Source of the DNA: Leucoraja ocellata
Lineage: Eukaryota
Assembly (NCBI GenBank): GCA_036785375.1
Contig: JAWMAR010000040.1
Location: forward strand, 6,448,001-6,512,000
Reading direction: 5' to 3'
DNA length: 64,000 bases
Below are positions 26,191 through 39,713 of the stretch, piece after piece. The notes beneath the pieces are model-generated. The model was not told the DNA's origin and made no database searches. It saw nothing but the letters and a program-made list of their open reading frames with translations. How positions within the stretch are numbered: the stretch's first letter is position 1; every line of letters starts with the position of its first letter. A program made the translations under genes and the position numbers.

Positions 26191-27060
26191 CGATGAACAA
26201 CAAAAGCTAAACAAAAATACAAAGTGCTGGAGTAACAGCGTGTCAGGCTGCATCTCTGGAAGACATGGATAAACAATGTTTTAGTTTGGGACCCTTCTTC
26301 ATACTGACTTTAGCAGGGGTAGTGAAAGCTAGACAAGTGAGAGTGGGACAAAGCCTTGCAAATGATAGGTAGATTCAGGTGAGAGTTTTTCATTGGCAGA
26401 TGTGTGGACAAAGGCCAGAGATGGAAAGTAGATAAAAGGGTGTTTGTGTCAACAACAAAAGCCATTCTCCTGCACGCATTGTAAAACCTTTACTGTCTTC
26501 AATGTTGGTTATATACAAATTTAGAATAGGCGGGCGGCCCAGGATTTTAACACCACGGGGCCTGGTGTCCGAGTTCGCCAATGTCAGCGGTCCGGCCAGC
26601 GCGGCCTGAGAACTTTGGACATTGCAGTCTTCAGGGAGGAAGTGGCCGCTTCAGTCCAGGCCGCTGAAGAATGTTCACCCGACGCCGATGATCCAGCTTC
26701 GCGGCAGAGGGCCTGAGAAAATCGAGTTGGCTGAGGAGGCCACATATAGACCCCGACCTCGGGTGGACTATGAGGGGGAGAGCTGGATATTTTTAGTGCC
26801 TTCCCTCACAGTGAATTCTGCTGTGGGGGGACGTTTCATGTTGATTTCTATAGTGTACTGTTCTGTGTCTTTTTTTCTTTTTCTCTTTTTTGTTTTTGTA
26901 TATATTGACATTTGGTCTGTTCTATTAATTTAATCAAACTCTGTAAAGCACTTTGGTTCAAATACTGGTTTTGTTGAAAAGTGCTATATAAATAAAGATT
27001 ATTATTATTATTATTATTATTAAAATATAGTTAAACAAATCATTTTCACAACACACTCAC

Positions 27061-27372
27061 CTTTTAGGGGCAGTTGAATACGCCTTTTGAATGCTTCATT
27101 ATTATAACGATCTTTACACAGAAAGATTAACTCTCTTTCAAAGTCTTCCGCGGTTACTAAAAATTTAAGGCAACTCTCTACTTTGTAATTGTTGTCACCG
27201 GTACTCACAAAACCTGAATTAGTTACTCCACTTTTCACAGGCTCAGATCCTCTATACCATTCAAAAATGAAATCCTTTCTTAAGAGGCCATGTACAGAAC
27301 AAGATAGGGATAAATGTTCACCAAACCATGGGATCTCTGGCACCATTTTGAAGTCTGAAATTGTTGGTGAGC
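27061..27372 (-). CDS. NCR3LG1: B7-H6-like gene exon 9: divergent IgC1 (5th after the TM)
   Basis: cattatag|GC ... AAAG|gtgagt, 312 nt, phase 1-1. LSLSCSVHG..FEWYR..DNNYKVESCLKF..ELIFLCKD. Confidence 0.85.
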
Positions 27373-29230
27373 CTATAATGAAAAGAAAATGTATTTAAAA
27401 CATAGAATAGTACAGCACAGGAACAGGCCCTTCGGCCAACCAATGTCTGTGCCAATCATGATACCAAGCCCAATTCTTATCTGCCTGCACGTGATCCTTC
27501 CATTCCCTGTATATCCATGTGACTATTTAAAAGCCTCTTAAACACCATTATTTCCACTGCCCACCATCACCCCCGGCGCCCCCACTGCATTCCAGGCACC
27601 CAGGTTAGGCTTAAAGGGATGACAATTTTATTTCACTCAGAGGGTTGACCGTATCTGGAATGAGCTGCCAGAGGAAGCTATAGAAGCGGATGTAATTATA
27701 ACTTTTAAAAGATATTGGATAGATGTATGGAGAGGAAAATTTTTCAGAGGGCTATGAACCAAATGCAGGAAAATGGGATTTTCCCAGACTGCCAAATTAG
27801 TCAGCATGGACAAGGCAGGCCGAAGGGCCTGTTTCTATTCTTGCCAACTCTACGACTCTGACTAAACGGTGGATGCGTGACAAGATAGGTCTGATCCACT
27901 TTGTATTTCATCCTCAGGTTTGCTAGAAAAACTAACGTCAATGACTGTCCCATTCAATCCAGTGGAAATAGGTAAATTCAGCATTTTAATTTTAGTGTTA
28001 ATTATTTGTTAGAGTTTTAATGTGTTAATATTTGTTTACGCATATATTTAAAGTCTTTTTATAACCGTTACATATTTCAGACAAATTTAAAGGTACTCTA
28101 CATCCACCGAGCTGTCACTAGCTGCCAAGATGTCCTGGGAGGCTCGAGTGCATCGTGGATAGGGCTGATGATATCGTAATCTGATGGTCAGTGTTACAAT
28201 GACGCAATACTTTGTAAACTGTGAATATATAATAAAAGCTCCTTGTTGAAGGGGAAACATTGTTTCCTGGATCCAAGAAATCAGGAAGCAATGCGGAGAT
28301 CTGTAACAGTACAAGATGACGAGGGGGCATGGATAAAGTGGATTCACAGTCATTTTACAAAGTTGTCACTCCTCCACCATTTAATCATAGTCAAAGTGCT
28401 GTACAGCATGGAAACAGGCCCTTCGGCTAGTCCTGTTTGCCCGCATTTCTCTACGTACAGCATGGCCTACCAGCTCCTCTAAAGAGTTAAAAACTACATT
28501 TTAACATTTTAATATTACAAAAAAATTACAAATGTTAAAAGAATCAAATTAATATCATTAGTCGGTCAGGCTCTTAATCAGCATATAGGACGATAATCTG
28601 CTTTCGACACCAAAAGCAAGAAGCAATATGTGTACCAGAACCCTTTTGTATCTAAAAAAGCATTGGTGAGACCTATGTGCAGAATGAAACACACTGCCCT
28701 CTCTGCACAACCAAGAAAAAGGGGCACCCATACAAAATCGACAGTCACAGAGAACCTGCAAACTCCACACGCAGCCAGTACCCGAGGTCAGGATTAAAGC
28801 TGGGTCTCTGGCCCTGTGAGGCAGCAGCTCTAGCAGCTATGCCACTGTACTGCCCAAAAATTGAATTATTCCTTTTCAAAACAATAGATATTTTAAAAAT
28901 ACAATATTAGAAAATTACAGCAAAGTCCCACGTTACAGCCTTTTGTGTGAATTCTGTAATTCACCTTTACAAAATTCATAAATCACTACCCAAAATCGTT
29001 AAAATGAAATAAAATTTGCTCTCATGCAATTTATGAGGAAAGAAAAACAAAATCTATTATGGGAAAACACCATAAGGGCCGTTTTCTGTGTTACCAGTAT
29101 GATGTTATTGCACTCAAATAACTCTCAATTAACTTTTTCAGGTCTTAGAATCTGCTCTTGCTGATTATGATTTCCAAATAACAGCTGGAATTCATTTTAC
29201 CACAGCTTGATAAAGAGAACCTTAACTCAC

Positions 29231-29557
29231 CTTTAAGAAGTAACCGGAAGCATTGCTTCTGAGGTTTGGTGGAAGATTTTGAATGATAAACTTCAACCAT
29301 GTATTGATGTTGATGATCATCAGTGCTTGGACTCAAGGTTAATTTGGTGACTTTGCTGCAGAGACTGCGTTCATTCATCAATTCTTCGTTAGCGATTCCA
29401 TATTTTGCATCTTCATTTATTCTCACTTCATCCCTAAACCAGTCAATTTGAATACTCGCTGGATAAAAGTCCATTATTTCACAGGACAAAGTCAATGTCT
29501 TCCCGACTTCAGGGTTCGGAGGATCACAAGTAATCTTTTTTACTTTGGGAGAAGATA
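29231..29557 (-). CDS. NCR3LG1: B7-H6-like gene exon 8: IgC1 (4th after the TM), F-strand Cys absent
   Basis: ttcttacag|TA ... AAAG|gtgagt, 327 nt, phase 1-1. LTLSCEIMDFYPASIQIDWFR...QYMVEVYH. Confidence 0.87.
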
Positions 29558-30886
29558 CTGTAAGAAAGAGGAATAAGAAAAGCTGAAATGCATCTTAAAA
29601 CATTGTTTTAGGTAATGTTCCAGAAAAGGTTTTGTACAATGAGGATGTAATCGGTGTTTGTAAGTTGACTAGAAATAACAATTGGAAAGCTGGAAAGGGT
29701 GCGGAGAAGATTTACGAAGAGTATATACGAAGAAGATTATAGCCTAGGACACGAGGGCCTGAGCTATAGAGAGAGGTTGGGCAGGCTAGGACTTTATTCC
29801 TTGGAGTACATGAGGTTGACGGGTGATCTTATAGAGGTGTATAAGATCATGAGAGGAATAGATAGGGTAAATGCACAGTCGTCTAGCTAGGGTAGGGGAA
29901 TCAAGATCCACAGGACATAGGTCTGTGAGCGGGGGCAAAATGGGTGCTCCATTTCCTCACACTATCCAAAGACGTACAGGTTTGCACGTTAAATGTCTTC
30001 TGTAAATTGTAAATTGTCCCCTGTGTGTAGGATAGTGTTAGTTTATGGGGGTGATCGCTGGTTGGCGCGGACTTGGTGGGCCAAAGGGCCTGTTTCCATG
30101 CTGTACCTTTAAAGACTAAACGTTTGGCACTGACATTGTGGGCCGAAGGTCCTGTTGCTGTGCTGAACTGTTCTAAAGCAATAACTCAGCAGATCAGGAT
30201 CTCTGGAGAAAATGAATAGGTGACGTTCCGGGTCGGAACTCTTCGTCGGACCTGAAACGTCACCTATTCTTTTTCTTCAGTGATGCTGCTTGATCTGCTA
30301 AGTTATTCCAACATTTTGTGCCTATCTTCGTTATAAACCAGCATCTGCAGTTCCTTCCTACACACTATACTGCTCTATATTGAATGTATGGAACTGTGTC
30401 CCCTCCCCATACACACACCCACATCTAACCCCCTCCCCCCCCCCCCCCAGCTAGTCACCTGTCAGGGTGAAGCCACTGAACAGCACTTTAAATTGTTCCT
30501 ATGTTTGGGATCGATGGTTCTGTCTGAATGTTTGTTTTAGTTCTATTTTAGAGATGATAATTTTTAAACTTGTAAGTATTTATTTCTGTTTTTATTAATT
30601 GCACTGATGACAAAACTGATGAGAAACAATTTTTTGTTTCTTCTGTGTATGCAAGTACTCAGTGAAATGACAATAAAGTGAATACTGAATACTGTTCTAA
30701 GTTCTCCAGCATGAGGAATTACAACATTTAAACTCAATGTTTTTGCCAACTAGAAGTAAATGTACAGGTAAAGGTTATGATATGACGGAAAGCTGACAAG
30801 ATAACACAATGAAATTAGAACACAATTTAATAATGTCCTTATTGTCTAAATAGCAGAAACAATCTTTGAAAGGAGAGGAAGCATAC

Positions 30887-31195
30887 CTAAATTCTCGGGA
30901 ACATATTCCGCAAACTTTTGCTTGGGAAGGCTCTCATGTGTGACCAAGCAAAGATATTTACTCTTTTTGTCTGATAACGTTGGAATTGTGGTGCAAGTCG
31001 TGGTGATTTCATACAACTTCTCCGGATTCTCGATCAATTCAGATGTGTCATTCCCTTTTATGGCTTTCTCATCTTTGAACCATAAGACAGAAATCTCTTT
31101 AGGATAAAACGAGTGCACTTTGCAGGAGAGAGTCATTTCTTTGTCAATTTCTGGATTCACTGGTTCGCTCCGGATGGTATCAAGTGTAGGAAATG
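30887..31195 (-). CDS. NCR3LG1: B7-H6-like gene exon 7: IgC1 (3rd after the TM)
   Basis: atttgcag|CA ... TTAG|gtatgc, 309 nt, phase 1-1. LSCKVHSFYPKEISVLWFK...YLCLVTHESL. Confidence 0.88.
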
Positions 31196-31650
31196 CTGCA
31201 AATCAGAAAATAGAATTTTACTACATTTGTAAACACAAAATATAGTCATGATGTTAAAACATTGGTGCTGCTGACTGAGAAGTGGTCACCGAGGACTGGG
31301 GGAGGTGGAGAAAGGCCCTCGAGGTGTGTATGAAGCAGAGGACATAGGTTTAAGGTGAGAGGGGAAAGATTTAATGGGAAGCTGAGGGATGACATTTCCA
31401 CACTGAGGGTGGTGGGTATAAAGTCATAGGAGCAGAATTGGGCCATTTGGCCCATCGAGTCTACTCCACCATTCAATCATGGCTGATCTGTTTTTCCCTC
31501 TCAACTCCATTCTCCTGCCTTCTACCCCATGAATGGTGGAAGGCCATTTTAATGCCTCCGACTGAAATATATCATAATAATGTCAACAAAGCTACGACAA
31601 TTACACGTTTGATGGTGAATGCGCAATCAAAGACTTTAAGTTTGAGTTAC

Positions 31651-32013
31651 CTTTCACTTCCAGCTTAACCCGTTTCTCGGCTTGGTGTGTCAAGCTAACG
31701 TGATTCACTTCACATAAATATTCTTTTCCATCATTTTCTTGAATTGATGCAATGAAAGTGAGCATGCTGTAGACGCTGTAAGTGTGGTCTGGATAGGTAA
31801 ACTCACGCAGACAATGGGAATACCGGCCCACCGTGTTTTTTGCCTCATTTTCCTCGGTGTGGTCCAGCAAAAGAGATTTTACCCCATTTATTCTTTCATA
31901 CCAACTGATTGTTAACAGACGTGGCGTGAAAAAGCTTATTGGACAAGTCAGCATCACTGAAGTGTTGTGACGCACAACAGGAGGTGCGATTATGTTCCCC
32001 AACTTAGGAGCAA
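31651..32013 (-). CDS. NCR3LG1: B7-H6-like gene exon 6: IgC1 (2nd after the TM)
   Basis: ttctccttag|TT ... AAAG|gtaact, 363 nt, phase 1-1. LTCPISFFTPRLLTISWY...DHTYSVYSML...YLCEVNHVSL. Confidence 0.88.
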
Positions 32014-33946
32014 CTAAGGAGAAAAACACAAAGTAAAATCAGCTTAACATTTGCAATCTTAAGGAAAAGATGCTGTGTGTCTATCGCATAGCAGTGACAA
32101 AATGCAATGGTCATTTACAATTCAGAAATAAACTTGCGCATATTAGGCTTGTAACATTTTAATTTCTGTAGCTGCAGCCCAGTCCATCACACAAACCAGA
32201 TTACCCACCAGTGTCTCCATCTGCACTTCATGCTGACTCAGGAAAGCAGCTGACATAATCAAAGACTTGTCCCATGCAGGTCATTCCTTCTTCTCAAGGT
32301 ACAGAAGCTTGAAAGCACACACCACCAGACTCAGGAACAGCTTCTACCCCTCTGTTATCAGGCTTCAGAATGGTTCTTCCACAAGTTAGGATACTGTCCG
32401 ATTCACCTCTATTCCATAACGGACATTGGACTTTGTCTATGGAACAGATGCGCTACAATGCAGAGAACTATATTCTGCACTCTGTATCATCCCCTTTGCT
32501 CTACCTATTGTACTTGAGTTTGAATTGATTGTATTTATGTGCAGTATTATATGAACTGATTGGACAGCATGCAAAACAAAGCTTTTCACTGTACCTCGGT
32601 ACACCTGACAATAAGCCTAAACCTATCTACTCCCTATCTCATTTTCTTCCGATACTCATGCTGTATCCTTAATTTCTCATTCACTTGCAGTAATTTTCAG
32701 ACTCGATAGTGCTGTTTCAAAGCAAATTTAGAGAAGGATAATCTTATCAAAGGCAGTCGGGAATTTGGGCATAAGATCCGCCATTCAGCAAACAAGGAAA
32801 TCCCAACATTAACCAGTTTTTGGATTTAATTATATCTTATCTCCATTAATGTACCTTCTTGCCATAAACTGTTTCCAACTTTATAACTATATCTCAAAAG
32901 TTTTTCCCTGCCTGTAAAATGCTGTGGAGTTTCCCAAAAATTGTAAAAGATGCCATCCATGTAAATATCCTAACACAAATATATTAATCTCAGTGTTTAA
33001 CAGTTTCAAACTGATCTTGTCCCAACAACAATTTTTCATGGGGATTCCCAGTCCACAAATCCTTTCCAGTACACTGCTACAATTCCTCCCCAGTCCTCCA
33101 GACACTACAGAAGTGATCCCAGGTGCATTTTTAAATACTGAAGTATTTAAACTGAAGGTGCCTTCTGTTTTTCTTTGTCACATCTTTTAGTCCCACATCT
33201 TTGAATCCATACCAGTAACTATTCACTACAATTGCCCCTAAAGAAAGCTTTTAAATAAATTATCTTATTGCAGTGGATATACTTAAAACCAAACCATCTA
33301 TAAGACGAAGGCAAATAATGTAGAACTATTACATAACTCAACGATGCATCACTTTAACTGTGAAAGTAGCATTTTCCAAATGTTTTTTGCATAGTTTGCT
33401 GTTCACAGTGAATAATCACAAACTCTGTGAAAAGTAAAGGACCTCCGTTCTATAAATTTAAAGACTGTAAATTCTAGGACATACTATCAGAAATTAATGA
33501 ATCAAGAAACCATATGGGTGATCCACAACTTGGATAAATTGAAGAAGAATACTGTAGTCTCCCGACACTGACTTAAAACAAACGGAGACAAAGTGCTGGA
33601 ATAACTCAGCGGGCCAGGCAGCATCTTTGGAGAACATGGATAAATAATATTTCGGGACGGATCCCCTCTTCAGCCAAGTATAGGTGTTGTTTCAGGATGG
33701 AACCCTTCCAACCTTTCTGGTCGGGACCCTTTTACCAAAATGGGTAGGACACGTTTCAGATCGGAACACTTCTTCATTTGTTTTGGGTCAGAAAGTTTCC
33801 TGATGGAAGAAGGGTCCATACTCTAAACATCAGAAATACTGCCCAGCCCGCTGAGTTAGTCTAGTACTTTATGTCATTCTTTTTTGTAACCAGCAATTGC
33901 AGTTTCTTGTTTCTACGCAATTACTTAATATCTGTAAAATGCTTAC

Positions 33947-34357
33947 TTGCATCAACTTGTAAACAGGTGCGTTTCTCCTGAGTTCCATTTGGATACGACA
34001 CTCTACATATGATTACTGCTTTATTGTCCATTAAGTCAGGATAAATCTCAAGAGTGCTGGACAAGCTCTGTGTTCCATCATCATGTACGACAAAACTACT
34101 TTGTCTGACTTTCCAATTAACGTCAGTTGCATTCTCCTTTCCTATTTCTGTTATCTCCTTTGCTTTGCTAAACCTTATAATCTCCTGGTTCCTTTTGCTT
34201 TCACCAATGAAGGACTCTTTAGCATCATTCCTTCTCCTCAAATACCAGCCAACAGAAATGACATCAGGTCGAAATCCAGACACGTGGCATGTAATCTCTG
34301 CAGGTTGTTGATGGATAAATCGAGCAGGCATCTGAAGATCGCATACATTGGGTGGAA
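33947..34357 (-). CDS. NCR3LG1: B7-H6-like gene exon 5: IgC1 with a long insertion (1st after the TM)
   Basis: ttattctcag|TT ... GCAA|gtaagc, 411 nt, phase 1-1. VPPNV..ITCHVSGFRPDVISVGWY...DGTQSLSSTL...IICRVSY. Confidence 0.87.
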
Positions 34358-36151
34358 CTGAGAATAAATGAAGGAAAATTAGAAATTTAAAGATGGATTA
34401 TTCTAAATATGGAGTCATAGTCAGCGTGGAAACCGGCGCTTCGGCCCAACTTGCCCACGCCAATCAACATGCCCCATCTACACTAGTCCCACCTGCCTGC
34501 TTTTTGCCCATATCCTTCTAAACCTATCCATGTACCTCTCTAAATGTTTCTTAAACATTGTCGTAATACCTGCTTCAACTACCTTCTCCAGCAGCTCTTT
34601 TTGTCCCTCAGGTCCCTATTAAATCTTTCCCCCCTCACCTTAATACTATGTCCTCTTGTTTCTCAATTCCCCTACTCTGGGCCAAAGACTCAGTGCATTT
34701 GTGCAAATTAGCTTTGTCTTTTCCTGAAAATTCCTTGCGGTACCACACTAGTCACTGCCTGTCATTCTGAAGTTAGAAGACAATGTTTAATGAATACAAA
34801 CATTTGTATCAAACTGCACCTACAATTTCATGGCACTAAGTGCATGGAGGATATTAATTCTTATATAAGAGGTATCAGCATTTCTGACTGATGAATATCA
34901 AATTAAACCAATACATAGTCATAGAACAGCATAGCACAGGAACAGGCCTTTGACCCACAAAGTCTGTGCCCATCATAATGTTGTTAAACTAATCTCCTCT
35001 GCTTGCACATGATCCATATCCTTCCATTCACTGCATGTCTATGTGCCTATCTAAAAATCTCTAAAATTAAAATGATCGGTTCTGCCTCCACCACCATCCC
35101 TGGCAGCGGGTTCCAGGTACCCATAATAAACTGTGTAAAATAAACTGGCCCCGCATATATATTTAAAACTTTGCCCCTTTCACCTTAAATCTCTGCCCTC
35201 TAGTCTTTGACATTTCCATCCAGGGAAAAAGGTTCCAACTGTCTCTCCTTTCTATAATTTTTTATACCTCTATCCGGTCTCCCGTATCTTCTGGTGATTC
35301 TAGAGAAAACAATCCAAGTCTATCCCATCTCTCCTTGCAGCTAAAACCCTCTAATCCAGGCATTTTTTTGGTGAACCTTTTCTGCACCCTTGCCTAAGCC
35401 TCCACATCCTTCCTGTAATGGGCAATCAGAATCACATGCAATGCTCTAAATGTGGCCTAACCAAAGTCCTATAAATCCTGACTCTTATACGCCATGCCCC
35501 GACCAGTGAAGGCAAGCATTTCCTATGCCTTTGTTACCACTCCATCTACTTGTGTTACCACTTTCACAGAGCAATGGACTTGAAATGGAATAAGAACATC
35601 AATTTAAATAATCATTAACAAATATCTGCGAAATACGGTATGTGGGACCAAACTTAACCAACAATATCATTGATCATTTATAGTTAGTAGACTAATCATT
35701 TACAGTATAGTTGGCAATGCCAAAATTGTCACAAGTTTGTACAGCACAGGTTAACTAGAAAATTATACAATTAGGTTGGCACAGTGGTGCAGTGTGTAGA
35801 GCTGTTGCCTCACAGCGCCAGAACCCCGGGGTTGATCCTAACCTCGGGGCTGTCTGTGTGGAGTTTACACGGTCTCTCTGCGACAGCGTGGGTTTTCTCC
35901 AGGTCCTGCGGTTTCCTCCCACATCCCAAAGGCGTGCGGGTTTTTGGGTTATTTGTCCTCTTAAAATTGGCTCTAGCGTGTAGGGAGTGATTGAGAAAGT
36001 GGGATAACATAGAACTAGTGTGAACAGATGATCGATGGTTGGCATGAACTCGGTGGGCTGAAGGCAAAAAGATTTAATTGTACCCCAGCCAAATAACTTA
36101 TGATTCTTTGAATTGTTTTCTATAAATTAATCCACAGTAGATAAGCATTAC

Positions 36152-36268
36152 CTTTATAAATGTACCGCATGTACAGGTAAATTCCAGCTGCTAACAGCAT
36201 TACAGAAAAAATTACACTTCCAATGATGCTTCCAACTATTGAGCTTTTGGACAGATGAATTTCTGCTT
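36152..36268 (-). CDS. NCR3LG1: B7-H6-like gene exon 4: transmembrane helix
   Basis: gtattacag|AA ... AAAG|gtaatg, 117 nt, phase 1-1. EAEIHLSKSSIVGSIIGSVIFSVMLLAAGIYLYMRYIYK: hydrophobic span followed by basic residues. Confidence 0.85.
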
Positions 36269-38078
36269 CTGTAATACAAAAGTGCAAAAAAAATGACAAG
36301 ATTACAAGACGTACCTTTAGAAAAGAGATGAGGAGGAATTTATTTAGACAGAGGGTGGTAAATCTATGGAATTCATTGCCACAGATGGCAGTGTAGGCCA
36401 AGTCATTGGGTATTTTTAGTGGAGATTGACAGGTTCTTGATTAGTAAAGACATTAAAGGTTATGGAGAGAAGGCAGTTGAATGGGGTTGAGGTGGAATGG
36501 GGTTGAGAGGTTCAGCGCTAGCTCAGTCATGATTGATTGAATGGCAGAGTAGACTCAACGGGCAGAATGGCGTAATTCTGCTCCTATAACTTATGAACTG
36601 ATGAAGATGGTACAGAACGAACCGCTCACATCTACTTTTAAAAGCCTGAACATGTTTGGGAAAAGACTCGGAAGTGACCAAGAGGAAATTTTTTTCCACA
36701 TGGGAGAATTTAAAAGCCATTGATAAAAGGTAACAAGAAATAAAGAGAAGAGAAGAAAATTATTTACTTAGGATGTGAAACTTACAGTTTATAAAAGTAA
36801 AAGTACAATTAGCCCTTAAGAGATGCAATTATCAAAAAAGTTATTGAAGTTATAAATACTCAACACTTTGAGAAGATAATTATAGTTACAGATGTATTTA
36901 GCAGAAAAAGGTTCATGGACAGATTTAACAGAAAGAAGTTTGGGTTAGCATAATTGTTTTATAAAAATACTCAGTTTAAAAAGCCTTTATCAAACTATTT
37001 AAAAAAAAAAAAAAAATCATACTTGTTTTATCTTCAGCTTATAGCGGTGTAGAAAATCCCGAGGCTAATTGAAAGGGTGAATGTTCAGAGTCTTTTACCC
37101 AGGGTAGGAAATCAAGAACCAGTGCACACCATAGTTTAAGGTGAGAGGGAAAGATTTAATAGGATCCTGAGGGGCAACTTTTTTATTCATAGGGTGGTGG
37201 CTGTATGGAATGAGCTGTACGAGGAGGTAGCTGATGCAGATATAATAACATTTAACAGATCTTTGGACAAATACTTGCATGGGAAAGGGTCAGAGAGATA
37301 AGGACCAAATGTGGGCCAATGGGACAAACTTGATGGGGATTTTGATGGTATAGACTTTGGGCCGAATGGCCCGTTTCCTTGCTGTACAACTCTATGACTA
37401 CCCCACGTTACAACTTTCCACCCATCCCAAAAGTCACTTCTGATCCCAAGTTTAAGGTGAGGGGGGAAAGATTTAATTAAAACCCGATTACCTTTTTTTA
37501 CACAGTGGTGGGTATATGGAACGAGTTGCAGGAGGAGGTAGTTGAGGCAGGTACTATCACAACATTTAAGAGACATTTGGATATGTACGTGGAGAGGAAA
37601 GGGTTAGAGTGGTATATGCCAAACGCGGGCAAATGGCTTTGCTGAGATGGGGCATCTTAGTCGGCACGAATGAATTGGGCTGAAGGGCCTGTTTTCGTGC
37701 TGGATTACTCCGTGACTACCCCTCAACATGAACGTAACCAAAAGTTTGAAATTTCAACTTTTCATTAAAAAATAGAAAGAACACTACAGCGCAGCGGTAG
37801 AGTTGCTGTCTTACACCGTCTGTGTCCCAGGTTCGATCCTGACTACAGGTGCTGTCTGTACAGAGTTTGTACGTTCTCCCCGTGACAGCGTGGGTTTCCT
37901 CCGGGTTCTCCGGTTTTGTCCCACATTCCAGACATGTGAGTTTGTAAGTTAATTGGCCTCTTTAAATTGCCCCTAATATGTAGGATAGAATTAGTGTATG
38001 GGAAATAGTTGGTCAGCACAGACTCATTGGGCCGAAGGGCCTGTTTCCACACTATCTCCAAAACTAAAACTAACTGAC

Positions 38079-38405
38079 CTTTCAAAGTCACTGCAGCTTT
38101 CGCAGTGTATGGCTCTGGAAATGCCTTGTGTGTCACCCGGCATTCAAAACTGCTGCCAATATCTTCTACACGAGGTTCCAGTCGAACTTCAGTAGTCACG
38201 TTACATGTCCCATCAGGATTTTTGATTGGAGGGGCGATGCAGATATCAGTTAACAGCTTTGTTTTCTTTTGTGACGGGTTTGACTGAAACCAATCCGTTT
38301 TGCATTCGCAAGGATAATATCCATTTAACTGACAACCTAAGATCATCTCTCCTCCAGTGCCAACCTCCACAAGCTTCTCAGAAACAATAGTTACTGTGGG
38401 TCGTG
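38079..38405 (-). CDS. NCR3LG1: B7-H6-like gene exon 3: extracellular IgC1
   Basis: tttttatag|CA ... AAAG|gtcagt, 327 nt. GCQLNGYYP..PPIKNPDGTCNVTTEVRL..EDIGSSFECRVTH resembles recalled human B7-H6 GPTIKNMDGTFNVTS..EDPGTVYQCVVRH. Confidence 0.88.
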
Positions 38406-39713
38406 CTATAAAAAAAATATATATATTAATGTCTCAACGGCTATACTTAACATAGAAAACATACTGTTGGGTCACATAAAGACTTGGTTTGGGAACAGCT
38501 CTTGCATGAGCCCAGTTTAGCTTAGTTTAGTAATACAGCGTGGATGCTCCCATGCAACGCAATCAACCTATAACATTTGATATCTTTCAGTTCATAGTTT
38601 CTACCTGATATGAGAGTTTCCAATAACATTTGTTCTTCCATCAAATATCCAATAGATGTAGAATTTTGCTTTCATACTAAGGCGTTATACTAGCATGATG
38701 GAATTTGCATTAGAAGAAGGGTCTCCACCCTAAAGGTCACCCATGAAGAAGGGTCTTGACCCGAAATGTCGCCCATTCCTTCTCTTCAGAGATGCTGCCT
38801 GTCCCGCTGAGTTACTCCAGCATTTTGTGTCTTACCATGGAATTTGCAAAACTATTTTCTCTGAAATACAAACTTGTACCCATAATCATTTGGTCTACAT
38901 CCTCTAAGAAACTACCATTAAGCTGGAAAGAGTGCAGAGAAGACGAAGGAGGATTTTGCCAGGGCTCAAGGGCCTGAGCTAGAGGGAGCATTTGGGCAGG
39001 CTAGGACTTTATTTCTTGGAGCGCAGAAGGCTGAGAGGTGATCTAATAGTCGTGTATAAGATCATGAGGGGAATACATAGGGTGAAAGCACAGAGTATTT
39101 TATCCAGAATAGGGGAATCAAGAGCCAGAGGACATAGTTTTAACGTGGGAAGGGAAAGATTTAAATGACAAAAACTTTCACACAGAGGGTGGTAGGTATA
39201 TGGAATGAGCTGCCAGAGGAGGTAGTTGAGGTAGGTACTACAACAAAATTTAAAAGCATTTGGACAGGTACATGGATAGGAAACGTTAAGACTGATATGT
39301 GCCAAATATGGGCAGATAGGACATATTGATCAGCATGGACCATTTGGACTGAATGGCCTGTTTCCGTGCTATATGACTATGAATAAAGTCCTAGCCTGCC
39401 CAACCTCTCCTGGTAGCTCAAATCCTCGAGTCCTGACAACATGCTTCTAAATCTTCTCGCCAGCTTAATGGCTTCCTTCCTACAGTAAGAAGACTGAAAA
39501 AGTTTGGATATAAGTTTGTATATCGGAGAAAATAATTTTGCAAACTCCATCAAGCCAGAATAAAGCTTTGGTTTGACAGCAAGTGGGGCATATTGGTCGG
39601 CAGCAACGAGTTGGACCAAAAGGCCTGTTTCCGCACTGAATGACTACTGCTCTATATATATTATTTTATCGCAATATTAAATATTTACAGTGAAGTGCAA
39701 GAAATCTCCTTAC

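Noticed and set aside
32890-33240. Possible extra degenerate Ig exon on the minus strand (VNSYWY, TEGTFSLNTSV)
   Set aside because: The motifs are in different frames with stops, and exons 5 and 6 join in frame without it.
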